DNA from: an uncultured cyanobacterium
GTDB taxonomy: Bacteria; Cyanobacteriota; Cyanobacteriia; Cyanobacteriales; Nostocaceae
Reading direction: 5' to 3'
Length of the DNA stretch: 64,000 nt
Assembly (NCBI GenBank): GCA_963740315.1
Contig: CAVUDP010000002.1
Span: forward strand, 1,216,001 to 1,280,000
This document shows positions 31,923 to 41,793 of this stretch, in pieces. The notes below the pieces were generated by a model, which saw only the letters and a list, made by a program, of their open reading frames with translations, did no database searches and was not told where the DNA came from. Position 1 is the stretch's first letter; every line of letters starts with the position of its first letter. The translations under genes were made by a program, and so were the position numbers.

Positions 31923-33818
31923 TCACCGATCGCTCTTCGCTGTATTAATCTCGGTTTCTTCCATTAATAAAATTGCTCCTTCAATTTTTGCTGATGAATT
32001 TAATAATGGAGTTACAATTATGTGACATTCTATGTCTTTGCCTCTGCGATTCCTTGCATTTAATACTATTTCGTGGTTGGAAGTCTCTTGATTAATAATT
32101 GCTTTTAATGGCTGTCTAAGTTTTTCGATGGGTAAACCGATATCCAAACTCATAAAGTGCTGGGAAAAAACTTCCTCAAACCGCAATCCCCACAAGTCTT
32201 CTGCTTTACGATTCCAAATTAATATATGCAGTTCCGGATTCAGAACAATTACTCCAGAACGTATACTTGTTAAAATAGATTCTAAAAAACAGTTAACGCG
32301 ATTTAGTTCGTCACTATTATCGCGCATTTCTTCGTTCATTGTCTGCAATTCTTCGTTGGTAGATTGCAGTTCTTCGTTCATTGTTTCTAACTCTTCGTTA
32401 GTTGATTGAAGTTCTTCGTTGGTGGTTTCTAATTCTTCTACCGTTGATTGAAGTTCTTCGTTGGTGGTTTCTAATTCTTCGTTGGTAGATTGAAGTTCTT
32501 CATAAGCGGTTTCTAATTCTTGGTTAGTATGGACTAATTCTTGTTGCAAATATTTAAAGCGCGTCACATCGGTAAAGACAATTTTAACTCCAAGTAATTC
32601 ATCCGTACTTTCATTAAGCAACGGCATAATTTGTACATCGAGATATTTGGTTTCGCGTTCGGGATTTGACCATTCTATGTCTTTTAAAGAAATAGCACGG
32701 CGATTGCTATGAACTTGGTCGATTGGCGATCGCAATTCTACAGGGCGATAGGAAATTTCTAAATCTTGTAAGGGGCGACCGATATCTCTAGGATTAATAC
32801 TAAATATACTGCGGGCTTTTGCATTAGCTAAAATAACAATGCTATTAAGGTCTACAATTATTTGGACAATTGGATCTGTCTCGAATATTGCTTCATAAAT
32901 GCGATCGTGATTCCCGTTTTCGGTAACTTGTTGTTGGCTATTATTTGAGTAGCCCATTCCCATCAACATTTGCCGAAAGTTGCCATTAGGAACTTTATGA
33001 AACACTCTTCTGCGTAAATCGACGGGTGAAAATAGATGGTTGCGGCTAAACAACATTTCGGCTTTACCTAAAAACAAGAAACTGCCGTGATTCAAAGCAA
33101 AGTGAAAGCGATCCAAAATTTTACTTTGGGTTTCGCTATTAAAATACATCAAAGTATTGCGGCATATCAAAAAGTCTATTCTTGATATAGGCGCATCCTG
33201 TACTAAATCGTGGCGACCAAAAATAACCCCGCGACGCAATTCTTTTTGAACGCTGAAGCGATCGTTTATGCGTTCAAAATACTTTTCAAGTATGGGTGAG
33301 GGGATGTTCTCGACTTGTTTAGTAGTGTAATTTGCCTGACGAGCGTAGCCCAGAGCCTCCATATCTACATCTGTAGCAAAGACTTTGACTCGCTCGGTGT
33401 ATTCTTGCATACCCAAAGCCTCCGCCAGCAAAATAGCTATCGTGTAGGTTTCTTCACCGGAAGCACAGCCAGCACTCCAGATCCGAATTGGTTTACTAGA
33501 GTTTTTATTAGCAAGAATTGTCGGAATAATTTCACTGGCGATATATTCCCAAGCTTGTGGTTCTCGGAAGAAAGCGGTGACGTTAATTAAAATTGTATTG
33601 AATAACTCAACAAACTCGTTTGGGTGAACTTCCAAGTAATCGAGATATTCAGCGTAGCTTTCCATACTAATTGTTTGCATCCGCTTGCGAATGCGACGAG
33701 TTAAACTACTACGTTTGTAGCCGCTAAAATCAAAGCCACGGTTGCCTTTGATGTATTGCAATAAATTTTCTAAATCGGGGTTTTCTGGCGTATTAGTCAA
33801 AATAATATCCTCCCCCAA
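31923..33818 (-). CDS. cheR: CheR-type methyltransferase with PAS domains and an EELQST coiled coil
   Basis: INVTAFFRE, WSAGCASGEE and CRNTLMYF motifs; heptad repeats; no kinase domain. Confidence 0.9.
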   Translation of the reverse strand: MGEDIILTNTPENPDLENLLQYIKGNRGFDFSGYKRSSLTRRIRKRMQTISMESYAEYLDYLEVHPNEFVELFNTILINVTAFFREPQAWEYIASEIIPTILANKNSSKPIRIWSAGCASGEETYTIAILLAEALGMQEYTERVKVFATDVDMEALGYARQANYTTKQVENIPSPILEKYFERINDRFSVQKELRRGVIFGRHDLVQDAPISRIDFLICRNTLMYFNSETQSKILDRFHFALNHGSFLFLGKAEMLFSRNHLFSPVDLRRRVFHKVPNGNFRQMLMGMGYSNNSQQQVTENGNHDRIYEAIFETDPIVQIIVDLNSIVILANAKARSIFSINPRDIGRPLQDLEISYRPVELRSPIDQVHSNRRAISLKDIEWSNPERETKYLDVQIMPLLNESTDELLGVKIVFTDVTRFKYLQQELVHTNQELETAYEELQSTNEELETTNEELQSTVEELETTNEELQSTNEELETMNEELQSTNEELQTMNEEMRDNSDELNRVNCFLESILTSIRSGVIVLNPELHILIWNRKAEDLWGLRFEEVFSQHFMSLDIGLPIEKLRQPLKAIINQETSNHEIVLNARNRRGKDIECHIIVTPLLNSSAKIEGAILLMEETEINTAKSDR

Positions 33819-34095
33819 GAATATAAATAGGACAGGAAATTCTTATATTATTACTTGCTGCGAACAATTTTACTACCTGTAGCTTTGATTAATTAGGAAT
33901 TTATTCGTTTGTAATAAAATATTATTTTTGTAAAAACGGAAGTGAATTTCGGAGCAAACCTAACCCCTAATCCCTTCCCTACGATGGAAGGGGGACAGGA
34001 AAATAGTGAATTCAGCAGCCTCTTTCCTTGCAGGAGAGAGGTTTGGAGAGAGGTTCATAGTTATTTCCTTTTCAGACATTATCTTACTCAGAATG

Positions 34096-35133
34096 CTAAA
34101 CCGGCTTTTCTTCAGTATTCGCATTTCCTATAATTAACGTTTCTCGGATCACATTGGCACGAGCAAGAGCGTCTTCGGCTTGTTCTTGCAATCGTTCTGC
34201 GGCTAATAATTGATTGCGTTCGCGCATTCTTTTCGCCATGCGTTTTGTTAAAGAAGCTTTCTCTTCTAGAGCGCGGAGGGCAAACCACAGCGCATCTTCT
34301 AAAGCGTCTGATTGCTTTGCGAGCAAGCTTTCCAAGGAATAAGCATGACCGATACGACATCGAAAGCGCAACAAATTAGCTTGTTCTAATTCCCACAAAG
34401 TACCGCCGCAGTCGGGACAGCCAAAAGTAGAAGGTTTACCCGCCCTGTCATCCTTGCTTAGAATTTCTATATTCATATCCGCCAAATCGGTTTCGATTTC
34501 CATCTGATGGGAAACGGGTTTTTCTGCTTTGCCTTCGACAGGGGTATTAACTAGTTCTACTAATACCTGGGGAATCTTCGACAAGGGCAGAATATAGTCA
34601 ATATCGTTTACATTCTCAATAGCGCTGCGAGGCATTCCCGGATATATTGCATCATCCGGGCTTTGCACGATCGCCATACCATCGCGCATTTTTACAGCCT
34701 GGAGTCCCGCAGTACCATCATCAAGTACCCCCGTAAGCACTACCCCTATAACTCGGCTTCCGTAAGCCCGCGCCGCACTGCGAAATAAAGGATCGATCGC
34801 CGGACGATGATTATTTTCTCTGGGTCCCCGCATCAAGGTAATATATCCGGGTTTGACCAATAAATGATAGTCCGGTGGAGCAATATAAATACGTCCCGTA
34901 ACAATTTCTTCGTTATTTTTGGGATGCAAAGCTAGTAATGTTTCAGCCCGGTTAAGAATTCTCGGTAAAACGCTTGTCGCGTGGCTGGGTACGTGTAAAA
35001 CCACCATTAGAGCAGCATCTAAATCCAGCGGCAAATGATGAACTAAATAAGAAAGCGCTTCTACTCCACCTGCCGACGTACCAATCACGATGATATTTCT
35101 TTTATTTATAATTTCTCCTTTTTTATGCAGCAT
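34096..35133 (-). CDS. cheB: CheB methylesterase with C-terminal CPDCGG...CRIGH extension
   Basis: GTSAGG, VLH, RPAIDPLF and LTGVLDDG motifs; no receiver domain. Confidence 0.9.
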   Translation of the reverse strand: MLHKKGEIINKRNIIVIGTSAGGVEALSYLVHHLPLDLDAALMVVLHVPSHATSVLPRILNRAETLLALHPKNNEEIVTGRIYIAPPDYHLLVKPGYITLMRGPRENNHRPAIDPLFRSAARAYGSRVIGVVLTGVLDDGTAGLQAVKMRDGMAIVQSPDDAIYPGMPRSAIENVNDIDYILPLSKIPQVLVELVNTPVEGKAEKPVSHQMEIETDLADMNIEILSKDDRAGKPSTFGCPDCGGTLWELEQANLLRFRCRIGHAYSLESLLAKQSDALEDALWFALRALEEKASLTKRMAKRMRERNQLLAAERLQEQAEDALARANVIRETLIIGNANTEEKPV

Positions 35134-35204
35134 TATCAGCTACTCCATACTATTAATATTAATGTCTCGACGTTGCACTGCAACGTCTTTAGTTGCGGAT
35201 TTCA

Positions 35205-35789
35205 CTACCGTCGCACGACTAAATCCATTAAAGAGCGGGCAATAGATTCAAGAGGCACGACAAAATCAACATCACCAGTTTTAATTGCAGCATCTGGCAT
35301 ACTAAAAAACTCGCAATTAACTTTATCTTGAACGATAACGATACCACCCATTTTCTTGATCTCTTTTACCCCCGCAGCGCCATCTCCATCCATCCCAGTC
35401 AAAACAATAGCGATGCATTTTTCCTTAAAACTAGCTGCAACCGACTTAAATAATACATCTCCAGCAGGGCGAGTAAAATTCACTTTTTCTGAGTGAGACA
35501 AAGACAAACAACCATCCGCATCTACTAACAGATGTAAATCTGGTGGAGCAATATAAACCTTACCCGGACATATTTGATCTCCTGCTTGCGCCTGCTTCAC
35601 AGATAACGAAGTTTGCTTATTCAAAATTTCCGCCATCATACTGTGGTGTTTGGGGTATAGGTGTTGTGCGATCGCGATCGGTGCGGGGAAATCATCGGGC
35701 AATCTTGATAAAATTTCGTTAATAGCATTCAGCCCTCCAGCCGATGCCGTAATTACTACTATATAATTTTGATTATCTTCGCTTTTCAT
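35205..35789 (-). CDS. cheB: Stand-alone CheB methylesterase domain
   Basis: ASAGG, AQH, RPAGDVLF and LTGMDGDG motifs. Confidence 0.9.
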   Translation of the reverse strand: MKSEDNQNYIVVITASAGGLNAINEILSRLPDDFPAPIAIAQHLYPKHHSMMAEILNKQTSLSVKQAQAGDQICPGKVYIAPPDLHLLVDADGCLSLSHSEKVNFTRPAGDVLFKSVAASFKEKCIAIVLTGMDGDGAAGVKEIKKMGGIVIVQDKVNCEFFSMPDAAIKTGDVDFVVPLESIARSLMDLVVRR

Positions 35790-35829
35790 TTCTAATTATT
35801 AGTGGCGTTAATTTAATAACTTTCTTGCT

Positions 35830-35958
35830 TAAAAAGATGTTTTCCAAGCGTTTTTAACATAATTCTCGGATTTTCCCCCTTCCCCCCTTTCATAAAGGGG
35901 ATTTAGGGGGATCTCAAAAGTTTCGAGTTGTATTTATAGCTGGATAAACATCCTCTTT
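35830..35958. mobile_element. MITE-like element (same family as 25410 and 48257)
   Basis: Shares AATTCTCGGATT..CCCCC..GGGGGATCT..CGAGTT..AAACATCCTCT. Confidence 0.65.
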
Positions 35959-36240
35959 GAATTACACCGGCAAAGCAATTTTAAATTTAAAATTATTTTA
36001 AACTTTTTTCAAGATTAATTAAAAAAAATGACCCAATTCGATTCTGATGAAAATGATTCTGTTATTTCTAAATGGCAGGAAAAAATAAAAATCGCTAACC
36101 GTAACAACATTTTTTGTCATTGTCGAAATTGTAACAACGAATGGGTTGATTCATAAAAAAATCTCGGTAGTAAGGATGCCCCAGTCTATTTATAGCTGGG
36201 AGGAAAAACGCCCCGCGTGGTTTTAACCACCGTGGTATTT

Positions 36241-37524
36241 TTAATTTGCATAACCATAACCATCTTTTTTGTGAATTGCTGAACAATATTTGTAACTAAT
36301 CCCTTGAATTAATCCATTCTTTGTTGAGATATTAAAACTACCAGTCGTTCTTACTGCTACACGTCCTATATATGTTCCTATTTTCTTCCCCGAAGTAACT
36401 ATTGCTTTAACAATATCTCCAGTTTGATACCCATTGATAAATTTAAACCTGGGAACGTATCTAGAAGGAAACCCATATTTATCAGTTCTACATGACTGCC
36501 GAGAACCGTGTCCGGTAGCTGTAATTAGTAATGGTTTAATACTTTTAATATTTAATTTTGGAGTCGATTTTCCAACACAAGCTGCGTCAATCCAGTGGGT
36601 TTTTTCTAATTTTTGTTGACTACGATTGAACTTTGTTAAACCTCCTGAACCCGTTTCTATAGGTAATCCAGTTTCTTTTAAAACTTTAAATAATGCCCAT
36701 CGAGTAGTATTAACTGCCGCTGCATCTACCAATGGTCGTTTAGATTGCTTCAAAATTTTTTCTAATCTAGCTGGGTCTTTTTTAAGAAAATCTTTAATGT
36801 CTTTAGTTCCTTTTTTGGTATTACATTTCTCACAACTTAAGGTCAAATTTGTAATTGAATTACTACCACCTTTAGCTCTAGGTTGAATATGTTCTACCTG
36901 TAACGGAACGCCTTTAACCTCACAGTAAGCACATTGTCTTGCCCATTTTTCTAGCAAATATTCTCTGGTTTCGTAACCAGCAAGTGTACCTTGTTGATAT
37001 TCTTTACCTTTGACATCTGGGTTAGTCATTAGTTGCATATCAAAGCGTACAAGTTCTTGACTAATCGCATTAATTGATGCGAGTTTACGCAATTTTTCAA
37101 CCCAAGTTTTAATATTTTCAATTCGACTTTGTAAACTTGGTGCTAACCATCCATCTGGACGAGTTCGGTTTAAAAATCTTGGTTTTCTATAACGAGTTTT
37201 TCTTGCACGTCTAGAACGCCTTAATTGTCTTCTAGATGTTAAAGCATCTCGAATTGCAAAACCTCTATGCTTTAATTCAGCAGCAAATACAACTTCTCCG
37301 GTTGAATCATTAACCAAGGCTAAACCCGTAAATTTCGCTCCGGGATCTATTTTTAATCTAAGTGGTGAAACTGTTTTATCGGGTTTTGATTCCTTAAGAA
37401 TAATGGTAAATGGGAAGCGTCGATAAATTGCCGCTTTTTTGTTTCTTAATAATTGTCTTGCTTGTGCGCTATGTATTGGATCTAATGGTTTTCTGTTTGT
37501 GTCTAATACGAGTGTTTTGGACAT
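36241..37524 (-). CDS. iscB: RNA-guided endonuclease IscB; probable start ATG 37524
   Basis: PLMP-like PLDP motif; RuvC-I KIDPG; RRQLRRSRRARKTRYR bridge helix; RuvC-II QELVRFD; HNH CAYC..EHI..N..CEKCN; RuvC-III HWIDAAC; GGAGG RBS. Confidence 0.95.
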   Translation of the reverse strand: MSKTLVLDTNRKPLDPIHSAQARQLLRNKKAAIYRRFPFTIILKESKPDKTVSPLRLKIDPGAKFTGLALVNDSTGEVVFAAELKHRGFAIRDALTSRRQLRRSRRARKTRYRKPRFLNRTRPDGWLAPSLQSRIENIKTWVEKLRKLASINAISQELVRFDMQLMTNPDVKGKEYQQGTLAGYETREYLLEKWARQCAYCEVKGVPLQVEHIQPRAKGGSNSITNLTLSCEKCNTKKGTKDIKDFLKKDPARLEKILKQSKRPLVDAAAVNTTRWALFKVLKETGLPIETGSGGLTKFNRSQQKLEKTHWIDAACVGKSTPKLNIKSIKPLLITATGHGSRQSCRTDKYGFPSRYVPRFKFINGYQTGDIVKAIVTSGKKIGTYIGRVAVRTTGSFNISTKNGLIQGISYKYCSAIHKKDGYGYAN

Positions 37525-37529
37525 AAGTC

Positions 37530-37762
37530 CCTCCATTGCTGGGTAATGTTAGCTTCGTCAATGTTTTAAGAGCTTTTTAGATTTGCAACACTGTTTCAGT
37601 GACTTTAAAACTGTTTAATTGCAAATGATAGAGCGGAAAACTAGCTTCGCATCTTCCGGTATCGTGACCCAAAAAACGTAGTCAGTTAAGACTTAGACTG
37701 GTCAGTATAGCTTGTTCGACTTTTCTTACAAGCTCAATCCCCGTATTGGTTGAGTTACTGAC
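37530..37762 (-). ncRNA. omegaRNA (HEARO-like) scaffold upstream of iscB
   Basis: About 230 nt of structured non-coding sequence with GTCAGTA/TACTGAC pairing, AGCTTG/CAAGCT stem, GACCAG, CTACGTT and AACATTGACGAAG..ACATTACC blocks typical of iscB leaders. Confidence 0.85.
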
Positions 37763-37983
37763 CCTTTGATGCAACTTGTAGTAACTGCGGTAGCGTTAAT
37801 ATCGAACGAATTTCCTGCTGGCAGTTTCCAGATGGTTGAATTTTATTTTAAGATAATTATCTAGAAACCCGGAATATGCCGATCGCACAACGATAAAATA
37901 GTGGTTATATCAAGAGAAACTTTCAATCAGAAACCCGGCTTTTTCCAAAAAACCGGGTTTAAAATCAATTAAAGTTAATTCGA

Positions 37984-38712
37984 TTAGCGAAGAGTATCAT
38001 CTCTCTTATCAACAATTTCTACCACATCGCGATCGACTACCGTTTTTCTATCAACTACATCTCTATCTACAACTCTTTCCCGATTGACTACATCTACTTC
38101 TTTTTCAACAACGGGAGTAGCGGGAGCAGCGGGAGCAGCTGGAGCGACGGGAGTTGGGTTAGCACCACCTTCAGGAATAGCTGCGTCAAAGATTTTCCAA
38201 TTACCAATATTGTTACTACTTAAAACAGAACCCGCACGGTCTATTTCATCTTCATAACCATCTACAATTAACAAGTAGTAACCGTTATTGATGTGACCTT
38301 CGTAATGTTTGGCATCCTCTTCCGGAATACCCATACCAGTCAGCCCACCGATAATACCACCTGTCGCCGCACCTAAACCAGCACCAGCCAAAGTAGTTGC
38401 GATCGTTCCTGCTGCTAGAAAAGGTCCAATTCCAGGAATTAATAATTCATTCAAACCTAAAAGTAAACCGCCCAAACCACCTAAAACAGTACCAGTGGTA
38501 GCACCAATTCCAGCACCTTCTTGAGCTTCATTTTCACCGCGTTCGTTCTTTACATCAGCACCAGCAATGTTTTCATTGCCGTCTGCATTTTTCGCCAACA
38601 GAGAAACTTTATCCATTGAAAAGCCAGAATCTCTGAGTTTGTAAAGCGCCTTTTCTGCATCACCTCGGCTAGCAAATGTACCGACTGCACGCTTATAATT
38701 TCTACTTACCAT
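37984..38712 (-). CDS. General stress protein (YflT/17M-like) with Gly-rich hydrophobic hairpin
   Basis: AVGTF..AEKA..L..GF; GAGIGATTG..IPGIGP; MGIPEEDAKHYE. Confidence 0.8.
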   Translation of the reverse strand: MVSRNYKRAVGTFASRGDAEKALYKLRDSGFSMDKVSLLAKNADGNENIAGADVKNERGENEAQEGAGIGATTGTVLGGLGGLLLGLNELLIPGIGPFLAAGTIATTLAGAGLGAATGGIIGGLTGMGIPEEDAKHYEGHINNGYYLLIVDGYEDEIDRAGSVLSSNNIGNWKIFDAAIPEGGANPTPVAPAAPAAPATPVVEKEVDVVNRERVVDRDVVDRKTVVDRDVVEIVDKRDDTLR

Positions 38713-39184
38713 GTTTTCTCCTTGTGTAACAATATCTATCTATTTAAATCAGCTTTCACAGTAATACTTTGTGTCGAAACTCCCATCAAAAAAAATCAGC
38801 AATTAGTAATTTTTTTTAAAGTTTGCGCCACAAAGTTACGCAAAAAAAGATGCTGAATTTCAAGTCAAAATCGTCAAATCTTTTTATAACCCCGAATTTA
38901 TATATAAGGTTACGATTGATTGCAAATTACAGATTAATTTGACAGGTTTTTTTTCAACTGATTTTCTCTTTCACAGTGTGTCCTATGCAATTCAAAAATT
39001 CATCACCCTTTAGGTTTACCTTTTTTATATTTTTATCCGTCAAAAGAAGGGTTGTATAGTCCATTCAAACTGATATCTTGCATCATTCGCTATTAGCTTA
39101 AATACCCATCTCGGTTGGGAATTCCAAGAAACCAAAAACAAAGTACGTTAAATATATAGCGAGTAAGATATATAGCGAGTGAGA

Positions 39185-39314
39185 TAAGTAGGTGGGTACA
39201 AATAAATATAATATGCTCCGTCATTGCGAGGAACGAAGCAATCCCAGTCGTTGCGATTGCTTCGTCGTTCCTCCTCGCAATGACATCTTACATTTAATTA
39301 CGCCAACCTACTTA
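39185..39314. mobile_element. MITE-like element TAAGTAGGTGGG...GCCAACCTACTTA carrying a GTCATTGCGAG...CTCGCAATGAC palindrome
   Basis: Terminal inverted repeats bounded by TA; related ends at 59191-59316. Confidence 0.7.
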
Positions 39315-39422
39315 TATGGCAAGCAAAACATATAGCGAGCAAGATGCGATCACTACGAGATATATATTTTTTATATTTTTTTAAATTAGGATGCTCCCCT
39401 CCTAACTCCTAACTCCTAACTC

Positions 39423-41291
39423 CTAACTCCTAACTTGTTGCTGATTCCGCATCCTTTCTGGGCTACCTGTGGGAATAGATGCAATCAATTTTTGAGTGTA
39501 TTCTTGTTTTGGTTGGCGGTAAATTTCTTGTGCGTTGCCACTTTCTACGATTTCACCGCGATTCATTACTAAAATTCTGTCGCTGATAAATTTAACTACA
39601 CTCAAATCGTGAGAAATAAAGATGTAGGTTAATTCAAATTCATCCTGCAATTCTTTGAGCAGATTCAATACTTGCGCTTGTACCGATACATCTAAAGCGG
39701 AAACCGATTCATCACAAATTATAAACTTGGGATTCAAGGCTAGGGAACGGGCAATACAAACTCGCTGACGTTGCCCCCCAGAAAATTGGTGCGGATAACG
39801 GCTCATTGCATCAGCACTCAATCCTACTCTTTCTAATAAATAAGCTGCTCGTTGTTGTCGTTCTTTTTTATTCTTGCCGATGGAGTGAATTACTAAGGGT
39901 TCCATTACCGCATCTCCTACTTTCATGCGCGAATCTAAGGCGCTAAAAGGGTTTTGGAAGATGATTTGCATTTCTCGACGCAGGTTTTGCAACGTTTTTC
40001 CTTTGAGTTTGGTGATGTCTCTTCCTTCAAAAATTACTTCACCGCTCAAAGGTTCTACCAATCGCAATAAACTTCTACCAAGAGTTGTTTTACCGCAACC
40101 GGATTCTCCTACTAATCCCAAAGTTTCGCCTTTTTGCACTTCAAAGGAAACGTTATTCACAGCCATAAAATGCCGTTTTGTACCGCCGAACATTCCTTTG
40201 ATGGGATAGCCAACATTCAAATTACGGATTTGCAACAGCGATTGTTGTTTTTCTAATGTTGCTAATCTTTGAGCAATTTCTGCGGAAGTTACTTCTGGGG
40301 GTTGTGCTGGTTGTTTTTCCGTAATTACTACATCACCAGTAGTTGTTTCTTCTACATTCATGTAGTCGGAAACTGTCAGCAATCTTTGGGGATGACGATC
40401 TAAACTCGGACGACAAGCAAGCAAACCTTTAGTATAAGGATGTTGGGGATTTGTAAATATTTGTCTTGCCTCACCTTGTTCGACGACTTTCCCCTTGTAC
40501 ATTACCGCTACGTTATCGGCAATTTCCGCAATTAATCCCAAATCGTGGGTAATAAAAATCATCGCCATGTCGCGCTTTTGCTGCAATTCTCCCAACAAAT
40601 CGATTATTGTCGCTTGTACGGTTACGTCTAAAGCGGTGGTGGGTTCATCTGCAATTAGTAGCAATGGGTTACACGAAATCGCCATTGCAATCATCACTCT
40701 TTGTAATTGTCCCCCAGAAAGTTGATGGGGAAAACGTTCTAATATTGCTTCTTTATGTTGTTTTACTAGAGAAGGAAGTTCTTGCTCGTTTAGGGTTTTT
40801 GGCGATGTTTCAATCAAATTTTGACGAATTTGCTCGTCACTCGGAAGAAGTTTTACTTCCTGCAAACTATCGATCGCTTTTTGACGTGCTTCTGTTTGAG
40901 AAATATTTTGATGTCGTAAAATTGCTTCTGTTAGCTGAAAACCAACGTTATAAACCGGGTTGAGCGAACTCATCGGCTCTTGAAAAATCATCGCAATATC
41001 GCCACCCCGGTGGAGTTGTAGCTCAGAAGGCGGTAACTCTACTAAGTTCAATGCTTCCCCATTTTCTTGGGGACGAAACCAAATCTCACCGTTACTAATT
41101 TTACCAGGATTCTGCAACAAACCCATGACAGCAAGGGATGTAACAGATTTACCGCTCCCCGACTCCCCTACTATCCCTAAAGTTTCTCCTCTATGCAATT
41201 GGAAAGAGATTCCATTTACTGCCTTGACAACGTTACCATCATCGGAGAATTCAACTTGCAGATTGCGAACGTCTAGGACTGTTTCTCTCAT
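39423..41291 (-). CDS. Peptide/nickel ABC transporter ATP-binding protein with two ATPase domains
   Basis: GESGSGKS and GESGCGKT; LSGGQ and FSGGQ; HPYT. Confidence 0.92.
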   Translation of the reverse strand: MRETVLDVRNLQVEFSDDGNVVKAVNGISFQLHRGETLGIVGESGSGKSVTSLAVMGLLQNPGKISNGEIWFRPQENGEALNLVELPPSELQLHRGGDIAMIFQEPMSSLNPVYNVGFQLTEAILRHQNISQTEARQKAIDSLQEVKLLPSDEQIRQNLIETSPKTLNEQELPSLVKQHKEAILERFPHQLSGGQLQRVMIAMAISCNPLLLIADEPTTALDVTVQATIIDLLGELQQKRDMAMIFITHDLGLIAEIADNVAVMYKGKVVEQGEARQIFTNPQHPYTKGLLACRPSLDRHPQRLLTVSDYMNVEETTTGDVVITEKQPAQPPEVTSAEIAQRLATLEKQQSLLQIRNLNVGYPIKGMFGGTKRHFMAVNNVSFEVQKGETLGLVGESGCGKTTLGRSLLRLVEPLSGEVIFEGRDITKLKGKTLQNLRREMQIIFQNPFSALDSRMKVGDAVMEPLVIHSIGKNKKERQQRAAYLLERVGLSADAMSRYPHQFSGGQRQRVCIARSLALNPKFIICDESVSALDVSVQAQVLNLLKELQDEFELTYIFISHDLSVVKFISDRILVMNRGEIVESGNAQEIYRQPKQEYTQKLIASIPTGSPERMRNQQQVRS

Positions 41292-41793
41292 GGAAGTCGG
41301 GTAGATTCTTAATTTGAATTAACTTTAAATTAATTGGATTTTAACAGCAGATTTCGATTTGTCAGTAGTAAAAGCAATTTTTTTTGATTTTTACATCTGA
41401 AAACAGCAAAATTGCTCAAACAAATATTTATTTTTTATGAAAAATACTATATATAGGTTATAGCAAATGTTGCAACGGATACAGTAACAAATGTCACAAA
41501 TGTTTGATTTGTTAAATTAATGTAAAGAGACGCGATTCTCTGGTTACTAGTTCCCAGACTGCAATCTTTACCTTCAGATGTTCTGGTTTGGAGCGATCGC
41601 ATTTAAGTAATTTCTTTTCGCTCAGCCGCGATTACCGATACAATTTCTTCTCTTCCTACTCCCTACTCCCTCAAATAAGTAATCTTTCACCGAGATAAGA
41701 GTAATTTGAACAAAATAATTAAATATAGATGGATAATTATTTGTTACGACATTGAATGAAGACGTTGCAGTGCAACGTCTCTACATTGGGTAA

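Larger units (their letters stand above)
36155..37762 (-). mobile_element. Non-autonomous IS200/IS605-superfamily IscB element, 1608 bp, no tnpA, no target-site duplication
   Basis: Ends fixed by exact reconstitution of the host ORF; minus strand starts GTCAGTAACTC and is followed by ATGA; hairpins in the right end 36155-36240. Confidence 0.9.
36028..37839 (+). pseudogene. 67-aa Cys-rich (zinc-ribbon-like) gene split by the IscB element; halves 36028-36154 and 37763-37839
   Basis: Joined halves read MTQFDSDENDSVISKWQEKIKIANRNNIFCHCRNCNNEWVDSSFDATCSNCGSVNIERISCWQFPDG* (204 nt, in frame). Confidence 0.9.

Noticed and set aside
36095..36286. 63-aa minus-strand ORF
   Set aside because: Spans the element end and the antisense of the interrupted gene
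36155..37762. IStron (group I intron plus IS) or Cas9
   Set aside because: Length is fully accounted for by omegaRNA, iscB and an 86-bp end; it is antisense to the host gene; no REC lobe or array
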